From an uncultured Flavobacteriales bacterium (GTDB taxonomy: Bacteria > Bacteroidota > Bacteroidia > Flavobacteriales_D > Crocinitomicaceae): a stretch of 64,000 bases of DNA. Made by a program: the position numbers and the translations under genes. Under the pieces are notes generated by a model. It was not told the origin of the DNA and did no database searches. It worked only from the letters and a program-made list of their open reading frames with translations. The stretch's first letter is position 1. Every line of letters starts with the position of its first letter. Positions 56,912 to 64,000 of the stretch are shown here, in pieces. The stretch is taken from positions 12,215 to 76,214 of the forward strand of contig CAIZQH010000017.1 of assembly GCA_903935095.1 (NCBI GenBank), read 5' to 3'.

Positions 56912-58621
56912 ATGATTATTCAAAAAAACAAACGATATTTTCTCGACGATGACTTGAATATTCAAGCTTGGGAGGACTTAAAACCCTATTTTGACGATTT
57001 ATTGGCTAGAGATCTCCATAGTCAAGAGGAATTTGAACGTTGGTTGAGTGACCGCAGTGAATTAGACGCTGTCTTAGAAGAAGATTTAGCGTGGCGTTAC
57101 ATTCGTATGTCCATTGAAACAAACAACGAAGAACTCGCATCTGCCTACACGTTTTTTGTGACGAAAATTCAACCGGAGTTAGCTCCCTTGGACGATGCTT
57201 TAAATCGCAAATTCATGGAGTCTCCTTTTCGAGAGGAATATACGGATTCAGCGCATCAGATCTATTTTAGAAGCATTGAAACGCAGGTGAATTTGTTTCA
57301 GGAGAAAAATGTTCCCATTGAAGCAGAACTGAACGAATTGGCTCAAAAGTATGGTGCCATTAGTGCGGCGCAATCCATTGATTACCTTGGCGAAACGATG
57401 ACCATGCAAAAAGCAAGTCAATTGTTGAAAGAACAAGATGAAGTTGTTCGTCAAACGGTATTCGATAAAATGGTGGAGCGACGTCGCGTCGATACAGACT
57501 CATTAGACGAATTGTATACGCAGTTGGTTACGAAACGACATGCATTAGCGTTGAACGCTGGATTTGACAATTTCCGAGACTACAAATTTCAAGCACTCGG
57601 ACGCTTTGATTACTCCAAAGAAGATTGTTTTGCGTTTCATCACGCCATTAAAACACACATCGTTCCGCTTGTGAAAGAAATTCAAGCAAAAAAACTAGCG
57701 ATCACAGGCGAGGCGACATTCAAACCTTGGAATGTGGAAGTGGATCCAGAAGGAAAAGCGCCCTTAAAACCCTTTGAAACTGGTAAAGAGCTATTAGATG
57801 GATGCATTCAGATGTTAGGGAATTTGAATCCCTATTTTGCGGACTGTTTGAAAACCATGGAGGAAATGGGTCATTTGGACCTAGACTCCAAAGCAGGAAA
57901 AGCGCCAGGCGGATACAATTATCCACTGTATGAAATTGGTGTTCCCTTCATCTTCATGAATGCTGTCGGCGCACAGCGTGATTTAGTGACGATGATTCAC
58001 GAAGCCGGACATGCTGTTCATTCCTTTTTAAGTCGAGATTTGTCCCTCACTGGATTCAAGAATCTACCATCCGAAGTAGCAGAATTAGCATCGATGTCCA
58101 TGGAGTTACTTTCCATGAAAGAATGGGGACATTTCTATGCAAACGCAGACGATTTGAACCGCGCCAAACGCGAACAGTTAGAAGGAGTGTTGAAAGTACT
58201 GCCATGGATTGCACAAATCGACGCCTTTCAACATTGGGTGTACGAACATCCAACACATACGGTCACAGATAGGCATGCACATTGGTCGAGTTTATCCAAA
58301 GACTTTGGGACGGGATTAACCGATTGGACAGGGTACGAAGATCAAATCGCCACATCTTGGCACCGACAATTACATTTGTTTGAAGTCCCGTTTTATTACA
58401 TCGAATATGGCATTGCACAATTAGGCGCTTTGGGCGTGTGGATGAATAGTTTAACTGATTTCAACGGAGCTTTAGCGGCTTATCAAGCAGCATTGAAATT
58501 GGGATACACCCAATCCATTCCACAAATTTACGAGGCGGCGAATATCCCATTCGATTTTTCAACAAAACGCCTGAAAGCATTGGCAGACTTCCTTCAAGTA
58601 GAATTAAAAAAAATAGCTTAG
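56912..58621 (+). CDS. M3-family oligoendopeptidase (PepF-like)
   Basis: HEAGHAVH zinc motif with downstream E (SEVAELASM) and the typical M3B length. I set the start at the first in-frame ATG (56912), because the track TTG at 56891 lies inside the upstream terminator. Confidence 0.85.
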   Translation: MIIQKNKRYFLDDDLNIQAWEDLKPYFDDLLARDLHSQEEFERWLSDRSELDAVLEEDLAWRYIRMSIETNNEELASAYTFFVTKIQPELAPLDDALNRKFMESPFREEYTDSAHQIYFRSIETQVNLFQEKNVPIEAELNELAQKYGAISAAQSIDYLGETMTMQKASQLLKEQDEVVRQTVFDKMVERRRVDTDSLDELYTQLVTKRHALALNAGFDNFRDYKFQALGRFDYSKEDCFAFHHAIKTHIVPLVKEIQAKKLAITGEATFKPWNVEVDPEGKAPLKPFETGKELLDGCIQMLGNLNPYFADCLKTMEEMGHLDLDSKAGKAPGGYNYPLYEIGVPFIFMNAVGAQRDLVTMIHEAGHAVHSFLSRDLSLTGFKNLPSEVAELASMSMELLSMKEWGHFYANADDLNRAKREQLEGVLKVLPWIAQIDAFQHWVYEHPTHTVTDRHAHWSSLSKDFGTGLTDWTGYEDQIATSWHRQLHLFEVPFYYIEYGIAQLGALGVWMNSLTDFNGALAAYQAALKLGYTQSIPQIYEAANIPFDFSTKRLKALADFLQVELKKIA

Positions 58622-58640
58622 AAATAAATTGGACTTGAAT

Positions 58641-58672
58641 TTGCGGAGATTTTAAATTTCTCTTTATATTTG
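58641..58672 (+). promoter_or_regulatory. Bacteroidota-type promoter of the tRNA locus (-33 TTG, -7 TATATTTG)
   Basis: TTG at 58641-58643, a 21-nt spacer, then TATATTTG at 58665-58672, upstream of the first tRNA-like repeat. Confidence 0.45.
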
Positions 58673-58716
58673 CACCCGCAACTTTAGGAGATGATCTTCG
58701 TTCATCAAGTAAAGTA

Positions 58717-58820
58717 AGATGGCGAGATAGCTCATCCGCCGCGGCGGAGGTTAGAGCGTAAAAATATTAGATGGCGAGATAGCTCATCCGCCGCGGCGGA
58801 GGTTAGAGCGTAAAAATATT
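58717..58820 (+). repeat. two identical 52-bp tandem copies of the tRNA leader plus the 5' third of the tRNA, with a 14-nt palindrome inserted in the D-loop
   Basis: 58717-58768 and 58769-58820 are the same sequence: AGATGGCGAGATAGCTCATCCGCCGCGGCGGAGGTTAGAGCGTAAAAATATT. The third AGATGGCGAGATAGCTCA.. at 58821 continues into the intact tRNA. Confidence 0.9.
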
Positions 58821-58824
58821 AGAT

Positions 58825-58898
58825 GGCGAGATAGCTCAGTTGGTTAGAGCGTAGGATTCATAACCCTAAGGTCCCGAGTTCAACTCTCGGTCTCGCTA
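58825..58898 (+). tRNA. tRNA with CAU anticodon (elongator Met, or Ile2 if lysidinylated); no encoded CCA
   Basis: Manual cloverleaf: acceptor GGCGAGA/TCTCGCT plus discriminator A; D-stem GCTC/GAGC; anticodon stem TAGGA/CCCTA with one A-C mismatch; loop TTCATAA; variable AGGTC; T-arm CCGAG-TTCAACT-CTCGG. Total 74 nt. Confidence 0.85.
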
Positions 58899-58899
58899 C

Positions 58900-58936
58900 A
58901 AAAAAAACCTTGACGATACTGTCAAGGTTTTTTTTA
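58900..58936 (+). terminator. rho-independent terminator after the tRNA
   Basis: A8-CCTTGAC-GATACT-GTCAAGG-T8. Confidence 0.8.
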
Positions 58937-58951
58937 TGCCTTTATTTTTTC

Positions 58952-59012
58952 GGATAGCTTTCTGGAGAGCCGGCATTAGAGCGTTGTATTCACAACCCTA
59001 AGTTCCCAAGCT
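58952..59012 (+). pseudogene. decayed tRNA-like relic (D-arm with insertion plus anticodon arm, CAC in anticodon position)
   Basis: GGATAGCT-TTCTGGAGAGCCGGCA-TTAGAGCGTTGTATTCACAACCCTAAGTTCCCAAG compares with AGATAGCT-CAGTTGG-TTAGAGCGTAGGATTCATAACCCTAAGGTCCCGAG in the tRNA. There is no acceptor stem and no complete T-arm. Confidence 0.6.
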
Positions 59013-59038
59013 CTAATGTGTTTTTGATCATAATTGTT

Positions 59039-59046
59039 TAGTTTTG
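59039..59046 (+). promoter_or_regulatory. -7 box TAGTTTTG upstream of 59067 CDS
   Basis: TAnnTTTG match 20 nt before the ATG. Confidence 0.3.
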
Positions 59047-59066
59047 TTCTACATAAATTAGTTTGA

Positions 59067-61370
59067 ATGCGCTATTTGATTCTTTTATTCAGTTGTTGGG
59101 CTTCTATTTTGGCGTTCGCACAACTTGAAACTCAAAATTGGTATTTTGGCAACAATGCTGGAATTTCTTTTGCCACTTCACCACCCACAGCTTTGTTGAA
59201 TGGTGCCATATCTACCTTTGAAGGTAGTTCTACCTTTTCTGATGCACAAGGAAATTTATTGTTCTATACCGATGGGATGTTTGTTTACAATAAACTTCAT
59301 CAACAAATGCCAAATGGCTTTGGATTACTTGGAAATCCATCTTCGGCGCAATCTGGTGTCATTGTGCCAAAACCAGGAAGTCAAACCGATTTTTATATCT
59401 TCACCGTTGATGCAGAAGGTGGTCCAAATGGATTTCGCTACTCCGAAGTAGATATTACGCTAGATGGTGGATTAGGTGATGTTATCAATTCAACTAAAAA
59501 TAGTTTGCTATTTGCTCCTTCCGTTGAAAAAGTTGCTGCGGTCGCACATGCTAATGGCGTATATTATTGGGTTATCGGACATGGTTTACATAACAACACA
59601 TACTATGCTTATTTGGTAGATTGCAATGGAATTAACGCTCCTGTTACGTCAGCTGTCGGACAGATCGAAGGCAATCCAGGCTGGGGATATCTAGCATCAA
59701 GTTCGGATGGAACAAAACTTGCCAGCGCTATGTGTAATCAGGGTTTTGAATTACTTGATTTCAATAATCTAACAGGAGTAGTTTCGAACCCCATCCTTCT
59801 TCTAAATCCTAGTGAAGCATATGGTGTATCTTTCTCACCTAATAATCAACTTCTTTACGGTTGTAAAATTTCTGGTGGTGAAATTTATCAATGGGATTTA
59901 ACCGCGGGAACAACCGCTGCAATTATTTCCTCCGTGCAAATAATTGGCATAGGGCAAGGTGCCGGCTATCAAGGTGGGGCGATTCAACAGGGACTTGATG
60001 GAAAACTATATATCCCACACTTTAGTCAACCTTTCCTTTCTTGTATTCAAAATCCTAATCAAGTTGGTACCAGTTGCAACCTACAACATGCTGCCATTGA
60101 TTTACTAGGTCGTAATGCACAATTAGGACTCCCTCCATTTGTTCAATCCTTTTTTACTCCACAAGCGAATATCATTTCACAGGCGACATGTAACAGCGTT
60201 GCATTTACTTTGGACCCACCCATCCAAGGGGTTGATTCAATTTTGTGGAATTTTGGGGATCTTCAATCTGGGTCTTTAAATTTCTCTGGGTTAACTTCTC
60301 CTAACCACACATACCCGAACGCAGGAAACTATACGGTTACTTTGATTAAATACGTTGAATGTATTGCAGATACGGTCGTGTACAATCTCAATTTGGACAC
60401 CGCTGGTTTTCATACCACCATAAATGTACAAGAATGTGACTCCATTTATCTGTGGAACGGACAAATACTAAATCAAAGCGGAACCTACCAAGAGGCCTAT
60501 ACCACACTTCTAGGCTGTGATAGCACGATTACCTTAAATCTTATTCTCGGATCAATTATCCCAACGGTATCATCCGCTAGTGCATGTGAACAATATACAT
60601 GGGAAGGACAGAACTTTAATACAAGTGGAAATTACCAAATAATCCTGCAGTCAATCTATGGATGTGATTCTATTCTTCAATTAGATTTGACCATTAACCC
60701 GATTTATTCCACTGCCATTACCACCAATTTATGTCCTGGAGAACAAGTGACTTTGAATGGGGTCAATTATGTTAATCCTGGCACGTATACCATTCCTTTA
60801 CAGTCATCGGAAGGGTGTGATAGTACTATTGTATTAACAGTCAATCTATTACCAAAACCTAACCAACCAATAATTTCTTCAGAAATCCCTATTTGTGAAA
60901 ATGACAACATAAAATTGTATTCGAATCTCTCTCCAGGCACAATACATTGGACAGGGCCTTCAAATTATTCATCAAATGAATGGGTCAATTTTATTTCGGG
61001 TACAATAGCTCAATCGGGCACTTATTCAGCCTATATCGACTTAAATGGTTGTCATTCGGACACAAGTGACATCTCCTTACAACTACAAGATTTAATTAAG
61101 TCAAGCGATTTCAATGTACCAAATGTCATCACTCCTAATGGCGATCAAATAAATGATTATTGGGATTTAAATGAACTATTTCAAAATTGTTTTGACTTTG
61201 AACTTCTCTTCATGAATCGATGGGGAGAATTAGTATTTTCAGGTAACAGATATGGAGCTAAATTTAATGGGGAGGATACCTCAGGACAAGCATTAATTGA
61301 AGGTATTTATTTTTATAAATTGAGAATTGAGAATGAAGAAAGGCATGGATTTATACATGTTATTCAATAA
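59067..61370 (+). CDS. T9SS type-B (gliding motility-associated C-terminal domain) cargo protein with PKD domain and three Cys-framed repeats
   Basis: 767 aa. Signal peptide; N-terminal QNWYFGNNAGISF..LFYTDG pattern; PKD-like WNFGD..SPNHTYPNAGNYTVTL. The C-terminus is PNVITPNGDQINDYWDL..FMNRWGELVF..GIYFYKL. Confidence 0.85.
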   Translation: MRYLILLFSCWASILAFAQLETQNWYFGNNAGISFATSPPTALLNGAISTFEGSSTFSDAQGNLLFYTDGMFVYNKLHQQMPNGFGLLGNPSSAQSGVIVPKPGSQTDFYIFTVDAEGGPNGFRYSEVDITLDGGLGDVINSTKNSLLFAPSVEKVAAVAHANGVYYWVIGHGLHNNTYYAYLVDCNGINAPVTSAVGQIEGNPGWGYLASSSDGTKLASAMCNQGFELLDFNNLTGVVSNPILLLNPSEAYGVSFSPNNQLLYGCKISGGEIYQWDLTAGTTAAIISSVQIIGIGQGAGYQGGAIQQGLDGKLYIPHFSQPFLSCIQNPNQVGTSCNLQHAAIDLLGRNAQLGLPPFVQSFFTPQANIISQATCNSVAFTLDPPIQGVDSILWNFGDLQSGSLNFSGLTSPNHTYPNAGNYTVTLIKYVECIADTVVYNLNLDTAGFHTTINVQECDSIYLWNGQILNQSGTYQEAYTTLLGCDSTITLNLILGSIIPTVSSASACEQYTWEGQNFNTSGNYQIILQSIYGCDSILQLDLTINPIYSTAITTNLCPGEQVTLNGVNYVNPGTYTIPLQSSEGCDSTIVLTVNLLPKPNQPIISSEIPICENDNIKLYSNLSPGTIHWTGPSNYSSNEWVNFISGTIAQSGTYSAYIDLNGCHSDTSDISLQLQDLIKSSDFNVPNVITPNGDQINDYWDLNELFQNCFDFELLFMNRWGELVFSGNRYGAKFNGEDTSGQALIEGIYFYKLRIENEERHGFIHVIQ

Positions 61371-61550
61371 TATTTATTTCATTCAAGGATAAGATCAATG
61401 AACGTATATTTGATCGAAAATTAATCAATTTTATTTTTCGCCAATTAGTGAACTTCAAGATTTACGATTCTTTTCTTTCTAATTAAACTTTTGTAAACAG
61501 TGAATTTCTGTTCTTTATTTTGTTTATTTTTAGAAGATAAAAATTGAGCT

Positions 61551-62348
61551 ATGAAAACCACACTTTCAGATGGGACACCCATTCATTGTTTACGCAAGCC
61601 TGAAGCAAGAATGTTAGACCATCATGTGGATGGTTATTTGCAACATGGAATAAAGATCAACGACGATGCAGTGGTTTTTGATGTGGGAGCAAATATTGGT
61701 GTGTTTGGTGTTCGTGTGCTGCAAAAAGCCAAGAATGTTCAGGTATATTGCTTTGAGCCGATACCAGAAATTTTTGCTGTACTCGAAGAAAATAGCCAAT
61801 TACATGGCAAAGGAAACCTACATGTGCTTCCGTATGGTGTTTCGTCCATTGATACAAGGGCTATTTTTACTTATTTCCCGAATACTCCGGCTTTGTCTAC
61901 GGCACATCCCGAACAATGGGATACAGATCCAAAGGCATTTGGTCGAGCTGTGAAAAGCACGATGAAGAACCCACCTAAAAATATGTGGTACCTTCGATTG
62001 ATTCCAACGGTCTTTTCCGGGGTCATAGCGAAACAATTGGTTAAAGGACGCAAAACGGTTGACTGTCAATTACGTACTTTATCGAGCCTGATTCGCGAGA
62101 AAAACATCCCGAAAATAGATCTACTAAAAATTGACTGTGAAGGAGCTGAATGGGATGTGCTTCAAGGCATTGAATCCGAACATTGGCCCATCATTTCTTC
62201 TTTAGTCATTGAAGTCCATGACCAAGATGGACGTGTCAAACAAATGCAGTCACTGTTGACGGAAAAAGGATTTACGCAGCAACACATCGAACAAGAGCAA
62301 GGACTTGAAGAATCGCTTATGTTTAACATTTTTGCCCTAAGATCATGA
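61551..62348 (+). CDS. FkbM-family SAM-dependent methyltransferase
   Basis: 265 aa. VVFDVGANIGVFG..YCFEP..IDLLKIDCEGAEWDVLQG is the FkbM signature. Confidence 0.8.
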   Translation: MKTTLSDGTPIHCLRKPEARMLDHHVDGYLQHGIKINDDAVVFDVGANIGVFGVRVLQKAKNVQVYCFEPIPEIFAVLEENSQLHGKGNLHVLPYGVSSIDTRAIFTYFPNTPALSTAHPEQWDTDPKAFGRAVKSTMKNPPKNMWYLRLIPTVFSGVIAKQLVKGRKTVDCQLRTLSSLIREKNIPKIDLLKIDCEGAEWDVLQGIESEHWPIISSLVIEVHDQDGRVKQMQSLLTEKGFTQQHIEQEQGLEESLMFNIFALRS

Positions 62349-63034
62349 CACGTGAGGAACTAGCAATCAAGACCATCTTACTGTTAATCGGAACCAATAC
62401 AATCGGTTTGATTTATAGCTTAATTGTCCTGAAAACAAATTGGTTTTCATCCTTTCAAATTCAAAAAAAACCATACGAAAAAGGTGTTTTTTCGAAACGA
62501 ATGCCGCGCTATTTAGTGAACTTTAGTATTTTATTAGTTCTTTCCGGGGTTGGGGCGTACATTGGCTATCCCCTATTACAACAAACGGGAATGGCTTGGT
62601 GGATCATTGTCCTACAAGTTTTCGTAGCCTTCGTATTTGACGATGTCTTTTTCTATTTCATGCATCGCTGGCTGCACGAAAATAAATACATGTTGAAACA
62701 TGTCCATTCCATACATCACCGCGCTCACAAACCCTTTCCGTTGGAGTATTTGTATGCGCATCCCTTTGAATGGATGCTCGGAATGGTGGGTGCTTTCCTT
62801 GGATTCGGGATCATTCTGTTGTTTATGCCAGTGCATATTTACTCTTTTTGGATTTTCGGGGCGATTCGCAATTTGCATGAAATTCACATTCATTCGGACT
62901 TAAAACTTCCAGATATTAGCCACATCCCTGGTATTAGCACCAGTAAAAACCACGACGATCACCACGCCAAATTAACGGGGAATTACGCTTCTACGTTTTC
63001 TTGGATGGATCGCTTATTCAAAACCAATTTTTAA
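62345..63034 (+). CDS. fatty acid hydroxylase / sterol desaturase superfamily membrane enzyme
   Basis: 229 aa with about 4 TM helices. His boxes are HRWLHE, HSIHHRAH and NHDDHH. It overlaps the FkbM stop by 4 nt (ATGA). Confidence 0.8.
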   Translation: MTREELAIKTILLLIGTNTIGLIYSLIVLKTNWFSSFQIQKKPYEKGVFSKRMPRYLVNFSILLVLSGVGAYIGYPLLQQTGMAWWIIVLQVFVAFVFDDVFFYFMHRWLHENKYMLKHVHSIHHRAHKPFPLEYLYAHPFEWMLGMVGAFLGFGIILLFMPVHIYSFWIFGAIRNLHEIHIHSDLKLPDISHIPGISTSKNHDDHHAKLTGNYASTFSWMDRLFKTNF

Positions 63035-63037
63035 GGC

Positions 63038-63466
63038 ATGATGAGAAGTTTTCTTTTGTTCTTATTAATCTTTTTTAGTCTTTCGATTGATGCGCAAACG
63101 AACACCTACGATTTGACGGTAAAAGTGAACGGTATAAAGAACAAAAAAGGCATGGTGGAATTCGGACTCTTTAGAGACCCTGAATATTTTGCACAAGTTG
63201 GGAAAACATATCGCATGATGCGCGTAAAAGCGGAAGCATCAGAGGAAACAGTTACTTTCCACAATTTACCCAAGGGAAAATACGCAGTTTGTATCTATTT
63301 AGATGAAAACAATAACGACCAATGTGATAAGAATTTCTTTGGCATTCCAACAGAGAAATTTGCCTTTTCGAATAATATACGTCCCATACTTTCTATTCCA
63401 TCGTTTGAATCCTGCTCTGTTTATTTAAACGAAAATAAGTCCATCGTGATTCGTGCGGATTATTAA
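63038..63466 (+). CDS. DUF2141-domain secreted protein
   Basis: 142 aa with a signal peptide. GKYAVCIYLDENNNDQCDKNFFGIPTEKFAFSNN is the typical DUF2141 core. It starts 3 nt after the hydroxylase stop. Confidence 0.7.
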   Translation: MMRSFLLFLLIFFSLSIDAQTNTYDLTVKVNGIKNKKGMVEFGLFRDPEYFAQVGKTYRMMRVKAEASEETVTFHNLPKGKYAVCIYLDENNNDQCDKNFFGIPTEKFAFSNNIRPILSIPSFESCSVYLNENKSIVIRADY

Positions 63467-63475
63467 TTTTTGCAC

Positions 63476-64000
63476 ATGAAATCGATCATTCTTGTTCTTT
63501 TTATACTTTTGGAAACACGCATTTCGTTTGCCCAAGATTACCGCGTTCATTTTATACAAGATGGGGTAGAAGTTCCGATTGTGAAGGAACATGTTCTCTT
63601 GGCGAAAAAACCCTTTCAAATTCAAGTGGAATTACTCCAGGTAGATGGTGTGTATGGCTCGTGTTCCCTGAGTGATTCCCTGTTTCGCATTCCTTTGAAT
63701 CAATCTTTGCCTGAGTCGGACCTCATCCAATGGAAAATTGCGGTCGAACCGGAATTCAATAAAGATCAAGACATCATCGTTTCCAAAGATGGATACTTCT
63801 ATTGGTTTTACAATCCAAAAGAAGATTCCTGGCATCGATTTGACCCGAATCCGAAAGTAGAAAAAGGACGTGTGATTGGAACGAAAACGATATCAAGTCT
63901 ATTTATTTCTGAAAATGACAACAGTGACACACAAACGCTTGTCCTCTCGCAAGTGAAGCAACCCTTGTACCTTCTTTTCTTCATGATGGATGAAAAAAGC
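63476..64000 (+). CDS. hypothetical secreted protein, 3' end beyond window
   Basis: Not in the ORF track because there is no stop. My translation from the ATG at 63476 is MKSIILVLFILLETRISFAQDYRVHFIQDGVEVPIVKEHVLLAKKPFQIQVELLQVDGVYGSCSLSDSLF..WFYNPKEDSWHRFDPNPKVEKGRV.., open for 175 codons to the window end. Confidence 0.5.
   Translation, partial: MKSIILVLFILLETRISFAQDYRVHFIQDGVEVPIVKEHVLLAKKPFQIQVELLQVDGVYGSCSLSDSLFRIPLNQSLPESDLIQWKIAVEPEFNKDQDIIVSKDGYFYWFYNPKEDSWHRFDPNPKVEKGRVIGTKTISSLFISENDNSDTQTLVLSQVKQPLYLLFFMMDEKS

Noticed and set aside
58717-61370. The tRNA locus as the boundary of an integrated genomic island or prophage.
   Set aside because: No integrase, excisionase, transposase or phage gene lies on either side within the window. 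The duplicated segment is the 5' part of the tRNA, not the 3' part usually duplicated by tyrosine-integrase insertion. I keep it only as one possible origin of the repeats.
2910-62893. The many 60-155-aa antisense or alternative-frame ORFs nested inside long CDS. Examples are 10121-10588, 29033-29386, 29717-30064, 37622-37972, 38639-38995 and 61666-61953.
   Set aside because: Each lies wholly inside a gene with strong family motifs on the other strand or frame. Their Ser/Pro/Cys/Arg-rich compositions are typical of antisense translation, and I found no independent support for any of them.

Overview
This 64-kb window looks like a low-GC Bacteroidota chromosome of the Flavobacteriia type. The evidence is T9SS type-A and type-B C-terminal sorting domains, a PorX-like REC-PglZ regulator, ribosomal protein THX and TAnnTTTG -7 promoter boxes; a Fluviicola/Crocinitomicaceae-like origin is only a guess. 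I support about 62 CDS (two run off the window edges), one intact tRNA(CAU), several clear rho-independent terminators and a few promoter boxes.

The content is mostly housekeeping: alaS, pcm, xth, mazG, sufS-sufE-DUF59, hemH, ahcY, aconitase, serC-serA, clpB, typA, a DEAD-box helicase, wecB and radC. Envelope and outer-membrane genes and three T9SS cargo genes are interleaved.

I see no integrase, transposase, reverse transcriptase, restriction-modification system, CRISPR array or recognisable multi-gene defence island. I therefore cannot claim a clear new 'system'.

The items most worth follow-up are:
1. A tRNA(CAU) locus preceded by two perfect 52-bp tandem copies of its own leader plus 5' third, each with a 14-nt GC palindrome in the D-loop, and followed by a third decayed tRNA-like relic.
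2. A pair of small Cys-rich lipoproteins, the first with a BPTI/Kunitz-like cysteine framework.
3. An unannotated 37-codon secreted two-Cys peptide ORF with its own strong terminator. It sits between a GT4 glycosyltransferase and a membrane-anchored CPYC thioredoxin-fold protein.
4. A tight FkbM-methyltransferase / fatty-acid-hydroxylase / DUF2141 / unknown operon.
5. A LuxE-like / half-size TauE / M20 amidohydrolase / lipoprotein operon.
6. An orphan sigma-54 activator that lacks a DNA-binding domain.
7. Three nucleic-acid-related proteins with low-complexity basic tails.

All functional calls rest on motif recognition by eye from the supplied translations. No database search was run.
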